Origin: a virus
Virus record (IMG/VR): IMGVR_UViG_3300029906_000187
Location: 537-64,536 of that record
Length of the DNA stretch: 64,000 bases
Direction: 5' to 3' (one strand)
Program-made: the position numbers and the translations under genes
Notes under the pieces: model-generated
Database searches by the model: none
The model's input: only the letters and a program-made list of their open reading frames with translations
What the model was told of the DNA's origin: nothing
Part shown: positions 25,861 to 37,112 of the stretch, piece by piece
Layout: each line of letters starts with the position of its first letter
Position numbering within the stretch: the stretch's first letter is position 1

Positions 25861-28800
25861 TCAGTTCTGCGTTTGAATCGATACATACAGGCGGCCATCG
25901 TCCAACACAAATTCGGGCTGCTCATACGAGCTGTCAGTGAAGGCGCTCAATACAATTGCGTCAACCGGCGTATCGGACGTGTTCTGTGTGACCGAAAACT
26001 GTGTTGCCGTATATCCCTCCGGATACTGCGCCATTAACAGGCCGGTATCCAGGTCTACATACAGTCTGACGGACAGAATACCGCTGTTGTCTATCAGCCC
26101 CCATCCATCATCTGTCGGAAGTTGTATCAGGGATACCCCCGTACAGTCTCCGATCTCCTCCCATGAAAGCGATACTGTAACATGTTGGGCAGTAGACTTT
26201 TCATCAATGGTCTGTGTAACCGGGGCGGAAATCTGAATCATATACAGGTTTCCCTTCATATCCTTCAGGAAAAACTGATTCCGGCTTGCAGAGGCGGCAA
26301 ACAGTTCCTTCATCTCCTGCGCGGTATCGGCATATCGGTTGGTATAGGGATTGACATTGGACAGCAAAGTTTGCAGGGTTCCGCTCCGTCCCATTCTGGT
26401 TGCCGGCTGCGGCAGTCGGTACCGCGTGAAGTTGGTTTGAAAATTGGGCGAGTTGTTGTTGCTGACTGCTCCGCTGGAAATATTGTTCGAGAATCGCCAA
26501 TATCTCACGACATGATACGCATTCGGATTTTCCGTGTCTTGTGAGGCTTCGAGCAGGATATATGCCTTGGAAACGCGGCAGGTACTCTCGGACGCAATCG
26601 GAGCCGAATAGGTACCATCCTCCACATTGTACATGATGTAGCGATATTCCTGCCCTGTAATCCATCCATAATCCCGCAGCTTGGAAACATCCGCCGGAAC
26701 CGAGAATAGTTTTTCCAACGTTCCGTCATTCAGATTTTCACGGTACAGGTCCGCGCTCAAATTGTCCGGCGCAACATTACCCGCGTCCAATGTATTCCAG
26801 TCAAAATGCGTCAGTAGCAGGGTTGTTCCATCCTCCCAATCCGGCGGCACATAGTTGTAATTATACAATACATTTGGGTTTTTTGAGAAGGTCAGCCAAC
26901 GGCAGAACTGCGCTCCATACAAGGTCACTGTAGCAATTTCCGGGAGTTCCTCCGGCGTAAGTGTCGGAGATATTGCCGATAGTTTGGAAGTTCCATTTGG
27001 AAAATACCCGATAAGACTTACATTTGAACCGGATTGACCACGGATGGAAATAACAGCGTCCACTTGTGCGTTCTGCTCCAGTAAAACGTCCGTTTCAATC
27101 AAATCCATAATGCTCATGCTTGCTTCATAAAACTCAACGCCGGTACCGCCGGACGAAGCTCTTTTGGCAATTGAAAGGGATATTTCTGCCCCATTCATCA
27201 TCAGGCGAATGGCGTTTGCCGAATGGTTGCTATCTCCCTTTCCATATAAAAATAACCTTGATCCAACTTTTTCAATACTGGAACTCCACACTTCCCCATT
27301 AAATGTTCCGTATTCAAACTTCGTACCCAATGGGGAAAATTCCACAAACGATGTATCGTCTGCATTGTAGTTCGCTTCAAGTTGATAATTTACACCATTT
27401 TGCCGAAATCCCTTCAATGTCCCTAATCTGTCATCGTAGGAAATGGAGATCAATAATAACTCTCCATTTGGAGACATAGCTGCACCGGTAGTATTGATGC
27501 CACCGACCAATTGATTATTTGTTGACAGAAAACTCCCGGATTGTGAAAAAACCTGTATATACCCAGACACCCCAACTATGACAATATTACCGTTTCCATC
27601 AAAAAATGCATCAAAAGCAGACTCATTATCTCTCATTGCAATTTCCTGATATGTCCAATTGGTAATGTTTGTATCGTTGACTGAATATAATAACACACTG
27701 GTCGTTCCAAATCCAGTTGCATCATACTTAAAAACCAGTACCCTATCTCCATTAGAATTAAATCGAACTTTATCTGAATAATTATCCACATAGGAATATT
27801 GGCTTTCTAAATATCCATCATCAGATGGATTTAGAGATGTATTGACTTTCCAGACAACCATCTGGTCATATGTGGTACATACCAGCAGGTCTCCAATAGG
27901 ACTAAAAGATATGCCAAAACTTTGTTGCAGAGAAATTCGTTGTTGGCTCACCAAAGAAATATTGGGAAGAATTACGCCAGATATTTTGCGAATACTATAT
28001 AAACGCATATATGATTCATTAGTATCTTGATTATAACACGCAACAGCAAAGCATGAATTGTCTGGCGAAAATGAAGCGTCTGTGACAATGAACGAAGGTT
28101 CTATATCATCGCCAATACTCAAAAGCGTGTTCCCGAAAACAATATATGCGCTTTGTTCGGTCGAGGTGGAAACCTGTCTCCATACAAAACGATAGCTTCC
28201 ATCAGGACTATATCGTAATACGGATATACCGTTCGGAATAACTGTATCTATTTTAGTTTGCAACGATAGCAGATTATTGGTATTTACAACACCCTTCCAT
28301 CCGAACCCATATGGATCTTCTATTCCGTTCTCCGGCATATTCCACGTTACCGAGGCACTTTCTCCCAAACTCAACCCATCATCGGCATAATTGATACTGC
28401 CCTCGGCAGTTCCGGGGATACTGGAATAATCGGCAAATTGGTTCCACTCCAACAGATTGGATACTTTATCCGAACAATCAATTGAGAGACCGCCGCTTGT
28501 CTCGGCATCTGTGTAAGATACTGTAAATTCCTGCCAAATGTCCGGCGTTACAACGCCGCTGGAGGTTTCCACAATGCAGTTGATTGCGTATGTACTCCCG
28601 CTCTGCATCCCGTCGGCTGTATAGGAAAGCACGCTGGTATTGATCTCACCGGTATCATCAATCATCTCTCTTGTGCCGTTCACCACACTTGCAAATTGCC
28701 AGCGCACCCAATTGATCGGGTCACCCTGCGCCTGCATATAAGACGCGGTAAAGGTTTGGCTGATGGTTGCCACCGGCTTCACAAAATCAGTAATGGTAAG

Positions 28801-29193
28801 GCTTGGAGCTGTTCTGGTGATAAAATGCGAAGGCGAATACTGCTCCACAAAGTTGCTCTGCCCACTTCCCCAATACTGCGTGATTTTGAGCAAATAGGAA
28901 TTGCCATCGGTAAGCCCCCATGAACTCCAAGTCGCGCCGGAAGGCTCATAGGAGTAGAATGCGGGATTGCCCTGTGCATCCGTGCTGTATTGCTGTCCGC
29001 TTGCAATGTATCCGGTGTCATGCACCTGTGTGTTTGAATCGTCTACATCCAATATCTGAATCCGAAAGCCGGTCATGGGGGAATTTCCGTTGATCTGCCA
29101 TGTGACACTGACAAGGCTGCTCGCGGCAACCACGCCGCCTCCGATTCCGGCAAAAGAGGATGGTGTGATATTGGAGGGTTGAAACAATGCCAT
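25861..29193 (-). CDS. Large tail protein with central beta-propeller-like insert
   Basis: 1110 aa after the TMP; repeated FSPD/FSP/FNSNG/MSPNG blade-like motifs. Confidence 0.75.
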   Translation of the reverse strand: MALFQPSNITPSSFAGIGGGVVAASSLVSVTWQINGNSPMTGFRIQILDVDDSNTQVHDTGYIASGQQYSTDAQGNPAFYSYEPSGATWSSWGLTDGNSYLLKITQYWGSGQSNFVEQYSPSHFITRTAPSLTITDFVKPVATISQTFTASYMQAQGDPINWVRWQFASVVNGTREMIDDTGEINTSVLSYTADGMQSGSTYAINCIVETSSGVVTPDIWQEFTVSYTDAETSGGLSIDCSDKVSNLLEWNQFADYSSIPGTAEGSINYADDGLSLGESASVTWNMPENGIEDPYGFGWKGVVNTNNLLSLQTKIDTVIPNGISVLRYSPDGSYRFVWRQVSTSTEQSAYIVFGNTLLSIGDDIEPSFIVTDASFSPDNSCFAVACYNQDTNESYMRLYSIRKISGVILPNISLVSQQRISLQQSFGISFSPIGDLLVCTTYDQMVVWKVNTSLNPSDDGYLESQYSYVDNYSDKVRFNSNGDRVLVFKYDATGFGTTSVLLYSVNDTNITNWTYQEIAMRDNESAFDAFFDGNGNIVIVGVSGYIQVFSQSGSFLSTNNQLVGGINTTGAAMSPNGELLLISISYDDRLGTLKGFRQNGVNYQLEANYNADDTSFVEFSPLGTKFEYGTFNGEVWSSSIEKVGSRLFLYGKGDSNHSANAIRLMMNGAEISLSIAKRASSGGTGVEFYEASMSIMDLIETDVLLEQNAQVDAVISIRGQSGSNVSLIGYFPNGTSKLSAISPTLTPEELPEIATVTLYGAQFCRWLTFSKNPNVLYNYNYVPPDWEDGTTLLLTHFDWNTLDAGNVAPDNLSADLYRENLNDGTLEKLFSVPADVSKLRDYGWITGQEYRYIMYNVEDGTYSAPIASESTCRVSKAYILLEASQDTENPNAYHVVRYWRFSNNISSGAVSNNNSPNFQTNFTRYRLPQPATRMGRSGTLQTLLSNVNPYTNRYADTAQEMKELFAASASRNQFFLKDMKGNLYMIQISAPVTQTIDEKSTAQHVTVSLSWEEIGDCTGVSLIQLPTDDGWGLIDNSGILSVRLYVDLDTGLLMAQYPEGYTATQFSVTQNTSDTPVDAIVLSAFTDSSYEQPEFVLDDGRLYVSIQTQN

Positions 29194-29216
29194 AGCTCAA
29201 AATTCCTTTCTGTGTT

Positions 29217-32200
29217 TCAGACGAGGGACATTCCCTCAACGATTTCCAACAATGTATGCGTTTCCGCTGTCCGGGCAGGAATCGGAACGCCGTTAATATA
29301 AAAGTTACGGTTATCGGTGTTGTTATAGCTATCTCTTGTCGTATTCCCTCCCTGATAGGTATAAACCATTCCGACGCTTGGGGGCGGGATGATGGGCTTG
29401 ATCATTTCCATCATTGCGCGCTCGACCGCCGCCTGCGTTTCCGCGTAGGGAATCGGGCGCAGAATCTGCTCGGTCAACCATGGAGGCAGCACCAGTTCGT
29501 CTTTTTCGGTGGCTTTGATACCGCCTACGCCTTTCAGGATTCCGCCGTTATCATAAACCGGTACGCCATCCTTTAGGACGGGTTTGTCAAGATCAACCCC
29601 GGTAGCCTGCAAGATAAGGTCTTTGATGCTTTCAATGCTTTCTTCCGGGAGGCCAGCCTTGTCCCAAGTATCCAGAATGTCAAGGATACTTTGATTGGTT
29701 GCTTCGCCGCTCTCCAATTCCATATAAATTTCTTCAAAAGCGGCGTCCTCCGCGTTTTCCAGAGCATCCTTGCTCACCTCCCGGTTGACTTGAAGTTCAA
29801 ACTGACCTGTCTCTGCATTCACAACACGTGCGATTTGCACTTCCCCATTGGCTTTGTTGAGCAAATCCTGTCTGGCCTGCTCAATTTCCAAGGCCTTCTG
29901 GCTTTCGCTGCGCAGTTCCTTCATTTTGCTTACGATTTCATCGTATTTGTCTGCAACCGCAGTAATGGAGTTCTCTAATTTTTCGGTTGATTCGGTTAGC
30001 CCATCCGTTTCTTCTTCTGCTTCATTGATACTTTCCAGAAATTCCTTATAAATCGCTTCAAACTGTTCAACGGTACCATTTGCAATAATATCGCGCTGTT
30101 CCTTCGACAGCCATTCCGTAAACACGTCCGATTCCTTATCCCCATACAGAAATTTCATGGCATCGGAATATGTTCCCTCGTCGCCGATAATCTGGTTAAT
30201 GGCATCCTGTACGCTGGCAAGCAAATATTCTCTTTCCGAATCGCTGGTGATGGATTGATCCGATTCAATCTGCGTTTTCACCTGCTCCAGAATTTTCAGC
30301 CATTCTTCCATGGTATAGCCTTCATCATCTAATGATTTCAGTGACGCATGCAACGTATCGGCTGTTCCCATAGCAAAGCCAAACCATTTCCACCAGTCGT
30401 TGAAGTGTCCATCTCCACGAACTCCGAATTGCTCCAAAGCGGGATTTTCGTTCAAATAATCATAGAGTGTTCCATATCCTTCTCTATCTTGATCATAAAG
30501 ATCCATGCCTTCATCAAACGCAAATGTTTTTGTTCGTTTTGTCAAAAATTTGTTAGCTGACAAAGCTGCATCGGCATTTTCCTCGTTGAACTCTTTGATC
30601 GTATTCTGAATTTCCTTAATTTCGATCTGATTTAATTTTTCGAGTTGATCGTCAAGGTTACCATTGATTAAGTCAAGAGATTCCGCATATTCTTCATTGC
30701 TATCAATTAGATCATCTTGAATTTTTTTCAGGCTTTCCAGCGCAGATTCTCTCTCATCTTCCGTGGAATTACTGTTGGCGAGAATGTCTCTGTACTTGGT
30801 GACAGATTCAGATAAAGAATCATACTGATTCTTCACTGCTTCTAAATCTACAGACAGTTTTTCTAAATTTGCTGCACCTTCACTTATATTTTCTGCAACT
30901 TTCTGCCAGTGCATGTTATCAATAATTTTTAGAATTTCCGGGACTGCAACAATAAGACCAACTCCGGTAAGTCCCATTGCAATGGATGCTACTAACATTC
31001 CAATACGTCCAAGTGCATCACCAAGCCCTCCGGCTGCTTCCACAACGTCTAATATGGAGCTACCAATATCAATAAGCCCCTTTTTGAAGGCAAGAAAGCC
31101 CTGTTCATCATTAGCCAGTTTTTCCCATTGTGCCTTTAGAGAATTTAATTTCTTCTCATAGGTTTCTAATGCAGCTTCATTTTCTTTTTGGGAATATCCA
31201 AGCGCTCCTTTCATTTCTTCCAGCGCCTCGGACACTTCATTGAAATTACTCATCAATGCAATGAAGTAGTTTTTCCGATAGGTTCCGGCAGTGTCGTATA
31301 CGCCGGTCATATCGTCATAGACCTCTCCAAGTTCTTCGCCGAGCGCATCCTCCAGTGCCTGCCCCTCCGCACTTTCCGCGTATTGGGCAAGCATGTCTCC
31401 CTGCTCCTTTGTCAGGTGCTGCATTTCGTTGGAGAGACCTTCCCATACCTCAAGAATGGATACTGCTCCCTTGCGGTATTCCTCTACAACCGCCGCCATT
31501 TCCGGCGACAGCGCAGCGTATGTATCCAGAGACGCACTCCTTGTCGTATAGGCAAGTAAAGACTTGATCGCCGTGCCCAACTGCTGCCCGCTGGCATTGG
31601 TCGCACTGGAGAGTGCAGTAATCACCGCCACGGTTTCCTCCAACGACATCTTTGCCTGATTGGCATAAGAACCGGTCTTTTCCAGCGCAAGCAGGATTTC
31701 TTCGGTGGAAACCGGGAATCGGTCGGCTGTTTTATTGAGTTTGTCAATAATATCCGTCAGTTCGCTGGCCTCTTTCCCGAACTGCACCATAATGGCAATT
31801 AACCCCTCACTGGCATCTTCGGAATCCAATTCAGCAACGTTCAAAGCCAGCAGCGCGGCTTCGGCTGCCTGAATGCTTTCCGTCCAATCCATGCCGGTCT
31901 TTGCAAAGTTCTCGGCAATATCCGCAACATTGTCAAAGGTCTGCCCATACTCAATTGCCAGATTGTAAAGATCATTCGAGATGTTTGTGCTCGAAATGTC
32001 CTCATTCAGAACCCGTCGAATCGCAATCACCCGTTTTTCGGTGTTGACCAACGTTTCATTCAAGCTGGCAAACCCGGCCTTTATGAGGTTAATGGCCTGC
32101 ATCACAAGGGTTGCCGCTGCCGTCCACTTCATGAACCCGGTAACCATGCTGCCAAACTGAGTTTCTGCCTTTTTGCCTTCGGCGCGCACGGTCCCGATTT

Positions 32201-32750
32201 CTGTTGACAATTTGGAGAACTGCGCGGACAGAGCCTCAAGCTGCTTCTGTTGCTCCGGCATGATATTGCCGTTCTGTGAGGCGATCTGCGCGTTCAGTGC
32301 TTTGACAGCGTTCAGATTATCTGTAACCTGCTTGGTGTAGTCAGTAAACGTACCGCGCGGATAATTTTTGCTGGCGTTCTTCATGGTCAGCAGCAACGAG
32401 GCGTACTGCTTCTGCAAACGATCCACATTGTTGACGGATTTCAGGTGCACTTGATTCAGTTTTTCCACCTGCGCCGCATATTTTGCCTGCTGCGTATTTG
32501 TACGCGCAACCTCGGTTGCCAGCCTTTGCTCGGCAAGCTGCCGCTTTTCGGTGGCAGTGGTTGCCTTTTGCGCCGCACTTGCAACTGCATTGTAGTACTT
32601 GGTGAGCGCGTTGAGCTGCGCGGTCAAATCCTTATTGACAGTTATATTTTTCAGTGATTGCGCAACGCTGTCGATTCCGCTTTTCAGGGTTTTGAGCTGC
32701 GCATCAACATTCGCGCTTTTCAGCTCCACGTTCAATATGATTTTTGCCAT
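29217..32750 (-). CDS. Tail tape measure protein (TP901-type)
   Basis: 1177 aa, helical, Ala/Glu-rich; core ENFAKTG...LNVAEL...GTAIKS. Confidence 0.92.
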   Translation of the reverse strand: MAKIILNVELKSANVDAQLKTLKSGIDSVAQSLKNITVNKDLTAQLNALTKYYNAVASAAQKATTATEKRQLAEQRLATEVARTNTQQAKYAAQVEKLNQVHLKSVNNVDRLQKQYASLLLTMKNASKNYPRGTFTDYTKQVTDNLNAVKALNAQIASQNGNIMPEQQKQLEALSAQFSKLSTEIGTVRAEGKKAETQFGSMVTGFMKWTAAATLVMQAINLIKAGFASLNETLVNTEKRVIAIRRVLNEDISSTNISNDLYNLAIEYGQTFDNVADIAENFAKTGMDWTESIQAAEAALLALNVAELDSEDASEGLIAIMVQFGKEASELTDIIDKLNKTADRFPVSTEEILLALEKTGSYANQAKMSLEETVAVITALSSATNASGQQLGTAIKSLLAYTTRSASLDTYAALSPEMAAVVEEYRKGAVSILEVWEGLSNEMQHLTKEQGDMLAQYAESAEGQALEDALGEELGEVYDDMTGVYDTAGTYRKNYFIALMSNFNEVSEALEEMKGALGYSQKENEAALETYEKKLNSLKAQWEKLANDEQGFLAFKKGLIDIGSSILDVVEAAGGLGDALGRIGMLVASIAMGLTGVGLIVAVPEILKIIDNMHWQKVAENISEGAANLEKLSVDLEAVKNQYDSLSESVTKYRDILANSNSTEDERESALESLKKIQDDLIDSNEEYAESLDLINGNLDDQLEKLNQIEIKEIQNTIKEFNEENADAALSANKFLTKRTKTFAFDEGMDLYDQDREGYGTLYDYLNENPALEQFGVRGDGHFNDWWKWFGFAMGTADTLHASLKSLDDEGYTMEEWLKILEQVKTQIESDQSITSDSEREYLLASVQDAINQIIGDEGTYSDAMKFLYGDKESDVFTEWLSKEQRDIIANGTVEQFEAIYKEFLESINEAEEETDGLTESTEKLENSITAVADKYDEIVSKMKELRSESQKALEIEQARQDLLNKANGEVQIARVVNAETGQFELQVNREVSKDALENAEDAAFEEIYMELESGEATNQSILDILDTWDKAGLPEESIESIKDLILQATGVDLDKPVLKDGVPVYDNGGILKGVGGIKATEKDELVLPPWLTEQILRPIPYAETQAAVERAMMEMIKPIIPPPSVGMVYTYQGGNTTRDSYNNTDNRNFYINGVPIPARTAETHTLLEIVEGMSLV

Positions 32751-32765
32751 GTATTCCTCCTAAAT

Positions 32766-33356
32766 CTAAAACGGGGCGATCTGCGGGCTTAACAATGATT
32801 CGTCCATCCCGATAACATCCATTGCTCCGCCTTCCGGTACAACGACAAACGGGTCTTTCGCATTCCGCATGGCGGCGGTAAACCGTTCCATAATCCCATG
32901 CGCTTCCTGCTCGCGCACAAAGTTATCCCAGAACGGGCGCGGGAATATCATTCTACCTTTTTGATCCACAGAGGGCGGATACTTCCACCCATCGTCCTCC
33001 TGTATGATTCTAATCAAAACATCCCCGTTCACGGTGCTCCAGTCAGGATTTTCGTGATCCCCGGTTGGATCATACGAGAATGTGAGACTGCGCCCTGACA
33101 CCGAAACATCCATATTTGCCGGACTTCCAAGCGGTGTGCCAAGAGAGGGATTGTCCGTCCGTCTTTGGTACATTTTTGGAGGTCCCCACGGCTCGTACCA
33201 GTCCTCCTGAATATGCCGCTGGAGATTTTCTATCATGCCATTTCCAACATCTTCAAGGGCGGGAGCAATTGCTGAATCGATGCCGGATAACGCTTTGTCA
33301 ACGTCCTCTTGCAGACCAATTTCCGTGACGGTAAACTCCAAAAAATCTTCCATCAT
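32766..33356 (-). CDS. Tail completion/neck-type protein
   Basis: MYQRRT...PRPFWDN pattern of gp10-like proteins; start revised. Confidence 0.55.
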   Translation of the reverse strand: MMEDFLEFTVTEIGLQEDVDKALSGIDSAIAPALEDVGNGMIENLQRHIQEDWYEPWGPPKMYQRRTDNPSLGTPLGSPANMDVSVSGRSLTFSYDPTGDHENPDWSTVNGDVLIRIIQEDDGWKYPPSVDQKGRMIFPRPFWDNFVREQEAHGIMERFTAAMRNAKDPFVVVPEGGAMDVIGMDESLLSPQIAPF

Positions 33357-33424
33357 GCATCCTCCTGAAAACGGGACGCGAGCATACAATGAATGCCCGC
33401 GCCCCGGGCGCAAATGTCAAAATG

Positions 33425-34543
33425 TCACGATACAGTGACGTTACAATACGTGGTCAATGTAGACAATCCAGATCGGGTCAGTGTAATGGTCACTTCAGCC
33501 TCTCCGGGCGAACTTCCACCCGTCACCTGCCCGTTCTCATTCACCGTAGCAGTGGAATTGTTATCCGATTCATAAGAGAGATCGGTATAAACCGGCTGAA
33601 CGGTGGAGCCGTCAGGCATCAGATACTTCACAGGAATTTGTGCGGTCTCTGACGTACCAACCGTCACAGCACCGCCAACCACCACAAGCGCCTGCACCTG
33701 CGAGGTAGAGCCTGCGCAGGGTACAATCACATAATAGGCCATGTTGGAAATCGGCGCGGCGCAATCGTTGCAAACCATTCCGGGCAAGCTGTCATCCGTG
33801 ATTGCACTCCAGCCAAACTGGGTGGTTGTGTTGGTGGTCTGGTTGCCGTCGATTCCGGCGTCCCCGTTCAGGGTTGCCTTCGGGACAACAAGGTACAGGT
33901 ATCCCCACAGAGTGGACTGGGTAATCGAATTGTTCTGCTTGGCGTATATACCGTATTTCTGCGTCAGATGTACAACAGCCGGCGCTCCGGCGGCCGGAAT
34001 GGCCAGCGCCTGTGCAGAGGCATTCTCGGAAAAATAGAAAACCTCATATGTCTTGCCGGCCACCGCAGAAAATCCGACAACCGTCTTGGTGTCGGGATCA
34101 ATCCCATAATTCGTGCCGGAATACTGCGCCACGCCGCTCTCCCTCACGGTGCACCATACGTTGGTGTCAGAAGCGGGCTGTCCGTACTCTTTCGACGGGG
34201 TACCGGTAACTGTCAGCGCAGTCCCGGAGGAAACGGTAACAGATTCGCATACCGGAACTACCGCGTTATACGAAAGCGTTCCGCCGGTCACCAGCGCGCG
34301 GTGTACCAGTGAGAAGCCCTGCGATGTATAGGTGCCGGTCAGGCGGGTGGTATCCGGGATAATAGCGGCCAGTCCATTGCCAAACCCGGCTGCGATTTCC
34401 TGTGCATTAAACGTATAGTTTACTGCACCGTCGGACGAAAGGTTGTCATACGCGATGATATTTCCCGTGGCAGGGTCGCGCATGATCTGTTCTACCTGCC
34501 CCTTGACGAACAGGTTCGGATTTCCGAAGTTAAAAGCAGTCAT
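33425..34543 (-). CDS. Major tail protein with C-terminal Ig-like domain
   Basis: C-terminal YESDNNSTATVNENGQVTG...GEAEVTIT (Big-2-like). Confidence 0.75.
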   Translation of the reverse strand: MTAFNFGNPNLFVKGQVEQIMRDPATGNIIAYDNLSSDGAVNYTFNAQEIAAGFGNGLAAIIPDTTRLTGTYTSQGFSLVHRALVTGGTLSYNAVVPVCESVTVSSGTALTVTGTPSKEYGQPASDTNVWCTVRESGVAQYSGTNYGIDPDTKTVVGFSAVAGKTYEVFYFSENASAQALAIPAAGAPAVVHLTQKYGIYAKQNNSITQSTLWGYLYLVVPKATLNGDAGIDGNQTTNTTTQFGWSAITDDSLPGMVCNDCAAPISNMAYYVIVPCAGSTSQVQALVVVGGAVTVGTSETAQIPVKYLMPDGSTVQPVYTDLSYESDNNSTATVNENGQVTGGSSPGEAEVTITLTRSGLSTLTTYCNVTVS

Positions 34544-35349
34544 TTTTTACTCTCCTTTTTGTTTTGTATGCCCATATTCTGGGCGATTTTTGAAAGCGGG
34601 ACAGTGCCCTTGTGGGTGTCAATCGTGTCCAGAAGCCAGGACTGCGCCGGATTTCCGTCCGGAAACTTCACCATCCCGGAAAGCTCGGCCGACGCATAGA
34701 GCATGTAATGCTTGTCCCTGTCTATCGCCCTGCGCCGATTCTCAAATTCCCGCACCGTCCAATCGAGAATTTCCACATCCCGGACGTGCGACAGATAGGC
34801 AACGGAAGAAATCATATCATCCATATTGAATTTTTCCTTGAATCTGGAATCTCCCGTAGTCAAACGAGGTTGTTCAGCCAAATCCGCATTGTCCGCTTCA
34901 TCAGGCAACTCCAGCCCGTTTTGCTCTGCAACGATCCTGCGAATCGCCGCAAACTGTCCGGGAGTAACGGTGGTGCTTTTTCCGTTCTGTATGACCGTCA
35001 TTTGCTCAATCAGCGGGATTTTGCCGTTGCGGTTGATCGATATTCTGTCTGCCTGCAACAGCTCGTTTCCATCCGTCTTGGTTGCAAGCGAAAACAGTTT
35101 CAGTACGCGGGCAAAGTATCCGTTTGTTCCTTTTTGGTTTTGCGCCGCATCCATATCCATCGCAAGCATTGCGTTCATATAATCCATTGTGCAATAGGGG
35201 TAAGGCAATGCGCTCAGTCGCATTTTCCACGTATCGGCGCAAGCCATATACTCCTCATAGTGCCACATGGAGATCGGGTAAAACAGCAGGCCGAACGCTT
35301 CAATGGGTTCTCCGGTGCGTATTTTTCGGATGCGTTCCGTTTTGTCCAT
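34540..35349 (-). CDS. Tail assembly chaperone-like protein
   Basis: Start revised to MDKTER; ILDWTVREF...IDRDK; position in tail module. Confidence 0.5.
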   Translation of the reverse strand: MDKTERIRKIRTGEPIEAFGLLFYPISMWHYEEYMACADTWKMRLSALPYPYCTMDYMNAMLAMDMDAAQNQKGTNGYFARVLKLFSLATKTDGNELLQADRISINRNGKIPLIEQMTVIQNGKSTTVTPGQFAAIRRIVAEQNGLELPDEADNADLAEQPRLTTGDSRFKEKFNMDDMISSVAYLSHVRDVEILDWTVREFENRRRAIDRDKHYMLYASAELSGMVKFPDGNPAQSWLLDTIDTHKGTVPLSKIAQNMGIQNKKESKK

Positions 35350-35578
35350 TCTGTACGCCCTCCGCCTCCTCGCTGCTCTTTTGTATCCGTATATTGCAAT
35401 CACGGAAATCTGTGGTGTTTTCCGAAAGGCCGGTATACCGGCAATGATGCTGATGGAGGCAGAAGGCCGTCCATGCGTTTTGCGCAAGGCTATAATCCAC
35501 CCCCGGCTTTTCCATACGCGCACATACCAAATAACCGTGCGTGCGATACCGTTTTGCATATTGGCATTGTGTCGGCAT
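35300..35578 (-). CDS. Cys/His-rich hypothetical protein
   Basis: MPTQCQY...C...CLHQHHC...C; GGAGGG RBS. Confidence 0.6.
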   Translation of the reverse strand: MPTQCQYAKRYRTHGYLVCARMEKPGVDYSLAQNAWTAFCLHQHHCRYTGLSENTTDFRDCNIRIQKSSEEAEGVQNGQNGTHPKNTHRRTH

Positions 35579-35579
35579 A

Positions 35580-37112
35580 TCAATATCCCTCCAGATCAAC
35601 GATAATCGACTTGGAAACACCTCCATAGGATGCGGTAATGGTCAGCGGAACCGGGCTTGGTTTAACCGCCGTAATCATGACCTGGTTAAATCCAAGCTCA
35701 TCTGTCACGGCGTACAGAACTCCGTCAACCAGTTTTGTCCGCACCGGATTGTATTTTGTCGGGTCACTGGTTTGGCAGAGCACGCCGTCATCCAGCGACA
35801 GCTCGGAGCCGTTGTAGCTTTCCCCGGCAAAGTACTGTTTGAGCAGCATGTCTCCAAGATCCACGCTGACCGTGGAATTTGCCAGATCATCGTTTGTGCC
35901 GTACAGAACCAGATAGCAGGACGGGTCTGCACCGGAAAAACTGAATGTCACGCCGTTTGGCATCCGTTCACCATTCCGGAAATAAAACGCTGTGTATACC
36001 GCAGAGGTATATTGCCGCACGGAGGACTGCACATACCCGATAAACGACACGTTTTCGGTCATTCCGGCGGTGCTCACCATAATCGGAACCGCTGCGCTGA
36101 CGTTCGGATTCTGCGCCAGTGTCGCGGTGATCTGCGCGCTTCCTTCGGCAATGCCGGACACGTTTCCGAACACATCCACCGTGGCAACGGTCGGGTCGGA
36201 TGAAGTCCATTCCCATGTGACCGGGCAATCCTCTGTGGGATGCACGGTTTCTCCGTTTGAGACGAACTGGGCGGTATAAGTTGTCAATTCTCCAACCTGC
36301 ACGCTTTCCGCTCCACTGATAATGGCCTCAAAGCTCTGTGTATTTCCGCCCGCGATAAAGTTGACGGTGATGTCGTCTGCCTCTGTCGGCTCCTCAATTC
36401 TCACGGTGAAATCCAGTAAATGGACGCTGTCCCGATCATTCGTAAACTCCCGAATGAAATCGGTAAACCCTGTGATGTAATAGGCCTTGGTGCCGAGAAT
36501 GATTCTTTTATTTTGCCCAAGCCTGCGCGTATTGTCATTGAGTTGGCAGATGACGTGGAAGTAGCCGTCCATCAGAATCAGATTCTCCGGGGATTCATTG
36601 TCGTTTCCAAGCATATTTGATTTTTCGATCACGATTGGCTCCGATACCACATTCCCATAACAGTCATAGCTGTTGTAGGCTGTATTGCACCGATATACGA
36701 TGGCAGTCGCTCGTGCGCTGGAAATATTGGATGGATTGATACAGATCCACGTGCTTCCCATTGCCTGAATTTTTGCGCCGATTGGCAGATAGTCCACCGC
36801 CAGCTCCGGCAACAATATCTGCTTGACGTCATCGTTCTTTCGTGTCAGGGATGCGCTTGGATTGATGATGTCCGACATGCGGATGTTTGTGTTTGTCCAT
36901 TCATAGAAATCGGCTGTCAGCCCCTGCACATCGGCGTTCACGTAATCACTGGAGAGATATGCCCTCTCCGCGTCAAACCATGCGGCACGTTCCGCAAGAT
37001 ACTGCTTTTGCCTGCCGGCATACTGCGGCGGCGCATTGGTACGGGTTTCTCCTGCCGGTTGTGCAAATGCCGCGGCGTTCTTGATGTACTGTTCGCTGCT
37101 TCCCATTGTCAC
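35580..37112 (-). CDS. Head-tail region protein with Ig-like domain
   Basis: WEWTSSDPTVATVDVFGNVSGIAEGSAQITAT (Big-2). Confidence 0.7.
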   Translation of the reverse strand: MTMGSSEQYIKNAAAFAQPAGETRTNAPPQYAGRQKQYLAERAAWFDAERAYLSSDYVNADVQGLTADFYEWTNTNIRMSDIINPSASLTRKNDDVKQILLPELAVDYLPIGAKIQAMGSTWICINPSNISSARATAIVYRCNTAYNSYDCYGNVVSEPIVIEKSNMLGNDNESPENLILMDGYFHVICQLNDNTRRLGQNKRIILGTKAYYITGFTDFIREFTNDRDSVHLLDFTVRIEEPTEADDITVNFIAGGNTQSFEAIISGAESVQVGELTTYTAQFVSNGETVHPTEDCPVTWEWTSSDPTVATVDVFGNVSGIAEGSAQITATLAQNPNVSAAVPIMVSTAGMTENVSFIGYVQSSVRQYTSAVYTAFYFRNGERMPNGVTFSFSGADPSCYLVLYGTNDDLANSTVSVDLGDMLLKQYFAGESYNGSELSLDDGVLCQTSDPTKYNPVRTKLVDGVLYAVTDELGFNQVMITAVKPSPVPLTITASYGGVSKSIIVDLEGY

